Assembly (NCBI RefSeq): GCF_000039765.1 | Contig: NC_004459.3 | Location: forward strand, 3,076,104 to 3,108,103 | Length of the DNA: 32,000 bases | Reading direction: 5' to 3' | Origin: Vibrio vulnificus CMCP6 | GTDB taxonomy: Bacteria; Pseudomonadota; Gammaproteobacteria; Enterobacterales; Vibrionaceae | Part shown: positions 19,959 to 27,362 of the stretch, piece after piece | Layout: every line of letters starts with the position of its first letter | How positions within the stretch are numbered: the stretch's first letter is position 1 | Notes under the pieces: model-generated | Seen by the model: only the letters and a program-made list of their open reading frames with translations | Told to the model about the DNA's origin: nothing | Database searches by the model: none | Translations under genes and position numbers: made by a program

Positions 19959-21858
19959 AGTAGCGCTCCACCTTAACGCGTTGCTGAACTGGCTGTAATG
20001 CAGTGAACACCGCAGCAACAACCATCAAACCGCCTAGCCAGATCCACCAAATGTAAGCACGGTATTGGATCTTCAACGCATAGGCTTTAAGCCCGACTTT
20101 CTCACCCAGAGTCAGGTAGTAATCCCCATGCCAAAAAGACTTGATTGCGGGCTCTGTCATGTTCATGACCCTCACCGGGTAATGCCGTCTTTCAGGCAAC
20201 AATTGAAATTGCCTATCGGCAAGGATGAGTGAGACCGACGCTCGCTCAGCGGTGTAGTTTGGTCCAATGGACCAGTCAATTCCTTGATAACGAATGGAAA
20301 AGCCATCGAACTGATGGTACGAGTTAGGTTCCACACGAACATTTCGTTCAAACGAATGTTGGGCATTCATCATCGCGCCGAGGCACACCAATGCAATACC
20401 AATATGAGAAAGCACCATTGGCAGTTTTTGGCGCCTCTTTGTTGGTGGCATAACAAACAATAACCGAAGGTGGCTAACAATCACCCAGGTCGTAACACAC
20501 CAGAACAACAAAGTCATTGACGCCCATACCTGCACTTGCAGCAAATAGAGCATGGCACCGAGTACAGCGGAGACCACAAACTCCGTCAAAACGCGTTTGC
20601 GGCGCTGAAACAGGCCTTGCTGCCATTTTAGTAACGGCCCCCACCCCATTGCTAGCAGCCCTAAAAGGCTTAATGGCGCAATCATTGTATTGAAATACGG
20701 AGCGCCCACTGAGATGCTCCCAAGCCGCAGCAGCTCATAAATCATTGGGTAGAAGGTGCCAAGGAACACGGTACTGGTTGCGATCAGTAACAAACCCATC
20801 GCCACCAGCGTAAGGTATTGGCGACTTAGCCAATGGGTAATGCCTTTAGCGGGGATGCTATCGCTTTTGAGGATCAATAATGCAAAAGTGAGTAGAAAAA
20901 TGAACGCCATGACCAGCAAAAGTACAATACCTTTGGTTGGATCCACGGCAAACGCATGTACCGATGTCAAAATCCCCGAGCGGACAATAAAAGTACCGAG
21001 AACACTGAAACCGAAGGTCAAAAACGCGAGCATATAGCTGGATTTATTGACCCCACCTTGCCGCTTTGATTGAACAAGTGTGTGTAACAAGGCGGTTGCT
21101 GTTAACCAAGGTAGCAAAGAGGCATTTTCAACTGGATCCCAGAACCACCAACCTCCCCAGCCTAATTCATTGTATGCCCACCAGGAGCCGACAATAATGC
21201 CTAAGGTGAGAAAGCCCCACGCAACCATCGCCCAGTCACGGCCTGCCTGAAACCAATGATGGATGGCCGATGGCTGTAACAACGCCGCCACGCCCAACGC
21301 TAGGATAGAAGCGAAACCGACATAACCAAGGTACAGTAGCGGGGGATGCAAAATGAGCCCAACATCTTGCAACATTGGGTTGAGATCGCGTCCATCACTG
21401 GCCAGTGATGGCGCGTACTCGAATGGGTTCGAGGTTAACAGAGTAAACCACGCGAAAATGGCGGTCAGCATGAGCATTACCGCAATATAATCGGCTTTGT
21501 ACTGCGATGAGAACTCATCACGAGATCGAATCAAGCAAGCCCACAAACTTAAGGTGACGACCCAAAACAGCATCGAGCCTTGATGTCCTCCCCAACTTGC
21601 CGCAATTTTAAAGATCACGGGTAATTGGCTGTTGGAATGGCTTGCCACATAAGCCAATGCGAAATCATCGGCAACAAAAGCAAGAATCAGATACAACAAG
21701 GAAAAAGCAGAGCTGAGCGCCACTAAATACCCACAACCCAACATCAATGCGAGGGGTGTTTGCTTCGATAACAGTCGATTCATGGCGTGCAGTATCACTG
21801 CGAAACTACTGCCGACTGCCGCCAAAATCAGGCAAATTAGGCCCAGTTCTGCCTCCAT
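19939..21858 (-). CDS. nrfE: NrfE/CcmF-type haem lyase subunit
   Basis: Multi-TM protein with WNELGWGGWWFWDPVENASLLPWL-type WWD motif (AYNELGWGGWWFWDPVENASLLPW) and NPFEY, HPPLLYLGYVG. Confidence 0.93.
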   Translation of the reverse strand: MEAELGLICLILAAVGSSFAVILHAMNRLLSKQTPLALMLGCGYLVALSSAFSLLYLILAFVADDFALAYVASHSNSQLPVIFKIAASWGGHQGSMLFWVVTLSLWACLIRSRDEFSSQYKADYIAVMLMLTAIFAWFTLLTSNPFEYAPSLASDGRDLNPMLQDVGLILHPPLLYLGYVGFASILALGVAALLQPSAIHHWFQAGRDWAMVAWGFLTLGIIVGSWWAYNELGWGGWWFWDPVENASLLPWLTATALLHTLVQSKRQGGVNKSSYMLAFLTFGFSVLGTFIVRSGILTSVHAFAVDPTKGIVLLLVMAFIFLLTFALLILKSDSIPAKGITHWLSRQYLTLVAMGLLLIATSTVFLGTFYPMIYELLRLGSISVGAPYFNTMIAPLSLLGLLAMGWGPLLKWQQGLFQRRKRVLTEFVVSAVLGAMLYLLQVQVWASMTLLFWCVTTWVIVSHLRLLFVMPPTKRRQKLPMVLSHIGIALVCLGAMMNAQHSFERNVRVEPNSYHQFDGFSIRYQGIDWSIGPNYTAERASVSLILADRQFQLLPERRHYPVRVMNMTEPAIKSFWHGDYYLTLGEKVGLKAYALKIQYRAYIWWIWLGGLMVVAAVFTALQPVQQRVKVERYCEQQSY

Positions 21859-21871
21859 CTATACTCCTTAA

Positions 21872-22828
21872 TTAGACAACCGTCATCTGGCCGGCGTACA
21901 AAATAAACGTACGCAGCATCAAAACGCCAACCATGCTAAGTGTCGTGACCACAAAAATATAAGCATGTTTATGCCTCACTTCGGCTGGCACTAACCAGTT
22001 GAGTGTCAGCGGTAGCAACATACCAATCAGCACCACACCAACCCAAAACCACTGCGCCCAAAATCCACCAGAGATAGCATTCCAAGCAGCCATTTCCGCT
22101 TGTCCACCAGCAAAGATCAACCCGGTAAAGAAGGTGACCAATACAAACAACTCAAACAAGACCACAGGACGCTCAAAACCATGTACCCAACTGACACTTG
22201 GATCTTTTACTGACTCTTTAAACACCAAAATACCGAACATCAAACACGCTGCAGCGCCTGAAGACAAACTGGAGAAAAGAAACAGCAGTGGCAACACTGG
22301 ATTATTGAGCATCGGATAGGTTTTCAATGCAGACAGTAGGAACCCCGTATAAGCCGCGAGCACTAACGCCAAAAAGGCCAAAAACAACTCGATGCTGTTT
22401 TCAAAACGTTTGAACCAGGTCAACAAGCCATCAACAAAGGTCAACTTATCACCGAGAAAATCAACGATCGTTTTCTGAAAGATAATCCCAATCCAAACAA
22501 ACAACACAGCCATGTACACTTGGAAGAGAATAACCCCCATAGACATAACGGAAGTTGGATTGTAGAAAATCATGATCTTCCAAAACTCGAGAGGTTTGGT
22601 TAAGTGGAAAATCAAAATCGTTAAACCCGATATGATGCCAAACGGCGCCAGCCAAGCCATCGCTTTCATAATGCCATTTTGTGCAGGATCGCCGACAATC
22701 ACTTTGCGTTTTAAGTACACAGTGATCATCACCGCCCCGGCAGACATACCGGCAAGGAAAAGATAGATTGCAATGATCCAATCCCAGACCAGAGAATCAA
22801 AGTGGAATGCAGATTCAAATCCGTTCAT
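21872..22828 (-). CDS. nrfD: NrfD quinol-oxidising membrane subunit
   Basis: 318-aa polytopic protein (FHFDSLVWDWIIAIYLFLAGMSAGAVM...), directly downstream of nrfC. Confidence 0.92.
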   Translation of the reverse strand: MNGFESAFHFDSLVWDWIIAIYLFLAGMSAGAVMITVYLKRKVIVGDPAQNGIMKAMAWLAPFGIISGLTILIFHLTKPLEFWKIMIFYNPTSVMSMGVILFQVYMAVLFVWIGIIFQKTIVDFLGDKLTFVDGLLTWFKRFENSIELFLAFLALVLAAYTGFLLSALKTYPMLNNPVLPLLFLFSSLSSGAAACLMFGILVFKESVKDPSVSWVHGFERPVVLFELFVLVTFFTGLIFAGGQAEMAAWNAISGGFWAQWFWVGVVLIGMLLPLTLNWLVPAEVRHKHAYIFVVTTLSMVGVLMLRTFILYAGQMTVV

Positions 22829-22829
22829 G

Positions 22830-23515
22830 CTACACCTCCCCTTTTTGATGTGGGATTTTGAATAATTTGGGTTTCGTGCCTAAGTGCACTTTGTCTCGGT
22901 AATAGACCTTCTCAGCCAATACTCGATTCACGTCACTTTGCGGATCATTTAAATCACCAAAAATCAGTGCCTTAGTTGGACAAGATTCCACACAGGCGGG
23001 TAGCTTGCCTTGCGCCAAATTGGTGTCTCGACAGAAATTGCATTTGTCGGCCGAGTGATCCACTGGGTTAAAGAAGCGCACTTGATAGGGACACGCGGCA
23101 AGGCAATAGCCGCAACCGACACATTTTTCTTTGTGGACATCCACGATGCCGGTTTTTTCATCTTTGTACGCCGCACCGGTAGGACAAACATAAACACAAG
23201 GTGGGTTTTCACAGTGTTGGCAAGATTTACGGGTGAAACGGTAATCGACATTCGGGTACTCACCGTGCGGCTCACTGCGTATGATCTCCAATCGACTTAC
23301 GCCTTCAGGGACTTTGTTCACCTCTCGGCAGGCATCGGTACAAGCCGTACATCCGATACAGGCGGTCTCGTCGTGGATCATGCCATAACGAATTGCTTGG
23401 CCCTTATCCTCTTCCGCAAATGCTAAGCGCCCAGTCACCATAGAAGTGCCAGCAATGCCGTTGTCATGATCAACGCGCCACCACCAGCAAGGAAATTTCG
23501 TCTTGAACAACTCAT
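22830..23515 (-). CDS. nrfC: NrfC 4Fe-4S ferredoxin subunit, with an apparent frameshift in the Tat signal peptide
   Basis: Body in track ORF 22830..23510: RYGMIHDETACIGCTACTDACREVNKVPEGVSRLEIIRSEP and further 4Fe-4S motifs. Signal MSCSRRNFLAGGG starts at ATG 23515 (GAGG SD) in another frame that stops at 23435. Confidence 0.9.
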
Positions 23516-23516
23516 A

Positions 23517-24104
23517 TTACCTCTCCTCTTCTTTCTGGTTAAAGTCAGAGTGGCAATCCACACACATCTTGATTTTCTCTTTGCGCTCCAAGCCCAACAC
23601 TTTGGCTTTATTGGCATGAACATCATGACAATTCGAGCAGGTTAGATTTTTCGCATGCACATCATGGGTCCAACTGGCTTGTTGGAGATCCTGAGGTTGA
23701 TGACAATCGGTACAAGCACCATTGGCTTTCAGGATAGCACTGGTGTCCATGAACACTTTTTCCGTCCCTTCTTTCGATTGCGCTGGAGAGTATTTCGTAA
23801 CAAGTGGTGCGCCTTCCCGATGGTCTGGTCCAATGTTGTTGTGACATTCCGTACAATTGACTTCGCGACCGAGAATTTTATGCGCATCTTCACCATGAGA
23901 ACCGGACAACGTTTCCTTCGAGTCCTTATGACATTGAACGCATTTGTAATCACGGTCACGGATCAGTTCGACCTGGAATCGCGACGAGTCAGTGGCTTCT
24001 GTGGCTACAGAAGTGTCTGCTATCGCTGAGAATGAATAGCCATAGAAAGAGAATGCGAGAATAGATTTCAGCATTATGACTATGGCCAATTTTATATTGC
24101 CCAT
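23517..24104 (-). CDS. nrfB: NrfB pentahaem cytochrome c
   Basis: Signal-like N-terminus and five CxxCH motifs: CVQCH, CTECH, CTDCH, CSNCH, CVDCH. Confidence 0.94.
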   Translation of the reverse strand: MGNIKLAIVIMLKSILAFSFYGYSFSAIADTSVATEATDSSRFQVELIRDRDYKCVQCHKDSKETLSGSHGEDAHKILGREVNCTECHNNIGPDHREGAPLVTKYSPAQSKEGTEKVFMDTSAILKANGACTDCHQPQDLQQASWTHDVHAKNLTCSNCHDVHANKAKVLGLERKEKIKMCVDCHSDFNQKEEER

Positions 24105-24253
24105 TTTATCCTTTCCTTATCCAAATAATAATTAAGAATCATTTTCAATTATTTCTTTGGTGATAAATTAATTCCTTCGAAATAACACGATTATTTCAAA
24201 TGACATCAATTCTTATTTCGGAAAAGCCACAACGCTATACCTGTCAATTATCA

Positions 24254-24277
24254 TACCCCTACTACTCTTTAGTAGTA
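24254..24277. promoter_or_regulatory. Possible NarP/NarL-type heptamer plus adjacent inverted repeat
   Basis: TACCCCT at 24254-24260, followed by TACTACT-CTTT-AGTAGTA (24260-24277). Confidence 0.4.
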
Positions 24278-24363
24278 TCTATTTTTTGCTTAAAAAGCGA
24301 CCTTAGTCACTCATTTTCTGTTGTGAAATTTTGCTAAATCATTGAGTTAAAAAAGAATAAATC

Positions 24364-24379
24364 TACCCCTTTAGGGGTA
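24364..24379. promoter_or_regulatory. NarP/NarL-type 7-2-7 site
   Basis: TACCCCT-TT-AGGGGTA, perfect inverted heptamers. Confidence 0.75.
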
Positions 24380-24391
24380 TATAGATCTTAT

Positions 24392-24407
24392 CGTGATAGC
24401 GATCACC
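24392..24407. promoter_or_regulatory. CRP-like site
   Basis: CGTGA-TAGCGA-TCACC compared with TGTGA-N6-TCACA, one mismatch per half. Confidence 0.6.
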
Positions 24408-24415
24408 TACCTAAA

Positions 24416-24429
24416 TTGATCTAAAGCAA
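24416..24429 (+). promoter_or_regulatory. FNR-like site
   Basis: TTGAT-CTAA-AGCAA compared with TTGAT-N4-ATCAA, one mismatch. Confidence 0.65.
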
Positions 24430-24555
24430 TGAATAGATTTTCGCCAATTCTTTTCTAAATGTTACTGACCTAATATAAACATCAGATCTCCAATTCTTAT
24501 TTGGAAATAGCAAACTCACAACGCTGCTAATAAAAACGAATATGGAGATAACACC

Positions 24556-25980
24556 GTGAGCATAAAACACTGGATGGCTTCCTCAGTCTCAGTTACTGCC
24601 CTTGTGATGACAGCGTTGCTGAATATCACTGCAGTCTCTGCAGAAGAAAAAGGACTGGTTGATCCGCGTAACGACGCATTTGAACAAAATCACCCAGACC
24701 AATATCAATCTTGGAAAAAGACCTCTGAAAGCGTCGAAATTGAAGATGCCTTAGCAGAAGATCCAAATATGGTGATTCTCTGGGCTGGCTATGGCTTTGC
24801 TAAAGATTACAACAAAGCGCGCGGCCACTTTTACGCATTGGATGATGTCAGACAGACACTACGCACTGGCGGGCCTCAAGATGCGAAATCAGGCCCAATG
24901 CCAATGGCTTGTTGGAGCTGTAAAAGCCCAGATGTTGCCCGCGTCATTGATGAGCGTGGCGAAGATGGTTACTTTGAAGGTAAGTGGGCACGTTTAGGGG
25001 CGGAAATTGCTAATCCTATCGGCTGTGCTGATTGTCATGATACCCGAAGCGAGAAATTCAAAAATGGCGAACCTGAGCTAGCGCTGACCCGCCCTTATGT
25101 AGAACGCGCTTTCCAAGCGATCAACAAACCGTTTGAGCAGCAATCCCGCTTAGACAAACAAGCATCGGTTTGTGCTCAGTGCCACGTTGAATACTACTTT
25201 ACTGGCCCAACCAAAGCCGTCAAATTCCCTTGGGATATGGGCACTGGCGTACAACAAATGGAAGAGTACTATGACGCTCTAGGCTTTGCTGACTGGACGC
25301 ATGCGGTCTCGAAAGCACCCATGTTAAAAGCGCAGCACCCAGGTTTTGAGACATGGCGTGAAGGCATTCATGGCAAGAACAAAGTCGTCTGTGTGGACTG
25401 TCACATGCCAAAAGTGAAGAAAGAAGATGGTACCGTCTACACCGATCACAAAGTCGGTAATCCTTTCGACCGTTTCGAAGATACCTGTGCGCAGTGCCAC
25501 ACTCAGAGTAAAGATCAGCTACGTGAAATTGTCTCTACCCGCAAAGCGCAAGTATTGAACATGAAGTTGACTGCGGAAAAACAAATCGTTGCGGCTCACT
25601 TTGAAGCGGGTGCAGCGTGGAAAGCTGGCGCTACTGAAGAAGAAATGAAACCGATTTTGCAAGATATTCGTCACGCTCAATGGCGTTGGGACTACGCGAT
25701 TGCATCACACGGCGTCCATATGCACGCACCTGAAGTGGCACTTGAAGTGTTAGGTACTGCGGTCGATCGTGCAGCAGATGCCAGAACCAAGCTTGTTCGT
25801 CTCCTTGCTACAAAAGGCATCACCGAGCCAGTTCAAATTCCAGACATTTCCACCAAAGCCGCAGCACAAAAAGCACTCGGTATGGATATGGAGAAAATGA
25901 ACGCCGAGAAACAACACTTCTTAAAAACCGTTGTGCCTGACTGGGATAAAGCCGCAGCAGAACGTGAGTCTAAGTACTAA
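24556..25980 (+). CDS. nrfA: Ammonia-forming cytochrome c nitrite reductase NrfA
   Basis: Signal peptide ending SAEE, CWSCK catalytic haem motif (24910-24924), plus CADCH, CAQCH, CVDCH, CAQCH haem motifs. Confidence 0.97.
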   Translation: MSIKHWMASSVSVTALVMTALLNITAVSAEEKGLVDPRNDAFEQNHPDQYQSWKKTSESVEIEDALAEDPNMVILWAGYGFAKDYNKARGHFYALDDVRQTLRTGGPQDAKSGPMPMACWSCKSPDVARVIDERGEDGYFEGKWARLGAEIANPIGCADCHDTRSEKFKNGEPELALTRPYVERAFQAINKPFEQQSRLDKQASVCAQCHVEYYFTGPTKAVKFPWDMGTGVQQMEEYYDALGFADWTHAVSKAPMLKAQHPGFETWREGIHGKNKVVCVDCHMPKVKKEDGTVYTDHKVGNPFDRFEDTCAQCHTQSKDQLREIVSTRKAQVLNMKLTAEKQIVAAHFEAGAAWKAGATEEEMKPILQDIRHAQWRWDYAIASHGVHMHAPEVALEVLGTAVDRAADARTKLVRLLATKGITEPVQIPDISTKAAAQKALGMDMEKMNAEKQHFLKTVVPDWDKAAAERESKY

Positions 25981-25995
25981 CAAAGTACAATTAAC

Positions 25996-26026
25996 CAAAA
26001 ACGTCAGCCTTCAGGCTGACGTTTTT
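25996..26026. terminator. Terminator downstream of nrfA (convergent region)
   Basis: AAAAACGTCAGCC-TTCA-GGCTGACGTTTTT. Confidence 0.88.
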
Positions 26027-26042
26027 ATTTATCGATTGTTGC

Positions 26043-26273
26043 TTATTCTGGTTTGAACATTTCAAACAAACCTGCGGCGTAAAAAGTTTCTGTCTGGATA
26101 TGCGCAATCATGAAAATCAAAAGAATCAACGAAAATCCATAGTTAAAACGATTGGTTACTTTGACTTTCGTAACCTCACATCCGTTACTGGCTGCTTTTA
26201 ATCCAACTAAAGCAAACGGATAAGCAATGAGCATTGCCATAATGATCGTAAGATAGGTTGAGAGTAATTCCAT
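26043..26273 (-). CDS. Uncharacterised 76-aa membrane protein
   Basis: MELLSTYLTIIMAMLIAYPFALVGLKAASNGCEVTKVKVTNRFNYGFSLILLIFMIAHIQTETFYAAGLFEMFKPE; two TM segments; GGGAGGTGACCAGG ribosome-binding region upstream of ATG 26273. Track start at 26375 looks too long. Confidence 0.75.
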   Translation of the reverse strand: MELLSTYLTIIMAMLIAYPFALVGLKAASNGCEVTKVKVTNRFNYGFSLILLIFMIAHIQTETFYAAGLFEMFKPE

Positions 26274-26574
26274 CCTGGTCACCTCCCTATAAGAATACTT
26301 CCATATATACCTTAAACAGTACCCTAGCAGCTTAGCGTTACAGTTCGCGTTCAGGCCATCTGTTAAACACAGCAAACTCTTTGCTTAGAGTGAGTAAGCC
26401 AAACAACAACGTTTCTGACGCTTGTGCCAAGGAGTTACCTGAGGAGGATAGCAGAGTTGGTTAGGAAAATGGTCATATGGCAGCACTCAGTTTCAAAAAT
26501 ACCGAAACGCATCCCATGTTTGGCAACATTTACTTGAACAACGCTAATTAATGTATTGCTTAGCCACAATACGC

Positions 26575-27216
26575 TTAACGAGTTGAAGTTTGCATCAATG
26601 CCTTGGCTTGATGAATGGAGCGGATAACAGCTTCTCTGTCCAATTTAGGATCATTAGAATCCAGCAAATAGGTCCACGTATCAATCGCTTGCTGAAAACG
26701 AAAAGAGATAAAATGATCATTCGCGAGCAGCGATAAGGCGGCTTCATTGTAAGGTTCAAGTTGTAAGGCTTGCTCAAGCAAAAGGCTTACCTCACCACTC
26801 ATTTGCTGAGATCCAAGGTAGTACAATGCGGTTGCTTTTGCCGCAAGTTGAGTAGAGGAAGGGTGCTCGGTCAGCTGTATTGCATAGTCGAAACAGATCA
26901 AAGCAGCATCCAACTCTTTATTGAGCAGATACCCTTGCCCAAGTTGAAACCACAACCCCGCATCATTCGGATTCTCTTTTAATTGAACTTGCAATTGCGC
27001 CATCAAATCCTCTGCCGTCATGCTCCTGAACATCGCATTTTCTGGCTTTGTTTCGGGGCGGGGGCTCTGCAGTACACCATAGGTAATTACAGCGCCGATC
27101 ATCGTTAATAAGCTAAGTAAATACCATTGTTTCGCTGCCCATTTCGCGGCCGCCATCCAGATACTGATCAGAAAAAACAGCATCATAATTGTCGCGATAA
27201 TTAACCAGCTATCCAT
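26575..27216 (-). CDS. nrfG: NrfG-like TPR protein for c-type cytochrome maturation
   Basis: N-terminal TM helices, then MTAEDLMAQLQVQLKENPNDAGLWFQLGQGYLLNKELDAALICFDYAIQL TPR repeats; ATG at 27216. Confidence 0.82.
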   Translation of the reverse strand: MDSWLIIATIMMLFFLISIWMAAAKWAAKQWYLLSLLTMIGAVITYGVLQSPRPETKPENAMFRSMTAEDLMAQLQVQLKENPNDAGLWFQLGQGYLLNKELDAALICFDYAIQLTEHPSSTQLAAKATALYYLGSQQMSGEVSLLLEQALQLEPYNEAALSLLANDHFISFRFQQAIDTWTYLLDSNDPKLDREAVIRSIHQAKALMQTSTR

Positions 27217-27309
27217 ATGATTATCCTTTAGAAAATGAGCGGCTAGCTTAGCAAACTTTTTAAGCAACTGCTTTGACCCATTGCCAACTTCCTATCGACA
27301 AAAATAAAA

Positions 27310-27342
27310 AAAAGCCAGATAGTTTGCACTATCTGGCTTTGT
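27310..27342 (-). terminator. Rho-independent terminator of gyrA
   Basis: AAAGCCAGATAGT-TTGC-ACTATCTGGCTTT; minus strand runs into a T-rich tract. Confidence 0.88.
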
Positions 27343-27362
27343 TATGTCGTTGCTAAGCAAGA

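Noticed and set aside
23455-23500. Programmed -1 frameshift signal in nrfC
   Set aside because: No X-XXY-YYZ slippery heptamer with a downstream stem-loop identified by eye; mutation or sequencing error is simpler, though recoding is not excluded.
23435-23626. 63-aa minus ORF taken as an independent gene
   Set aside because: Only its last 26 residues (MSCSRRNFLAGGG...) are meaningful, as the displaced NrfC signal peptide. The upstream part is the out-of-frame 3' end of nrfB.
24260-24277. TACTACT-CTTT-AGTAGTA as a transcription terminator
   Set aside because: AT-rich weak stem in a divergent promoter region with no upstream gene running into it; a regulatory site is more plausible.
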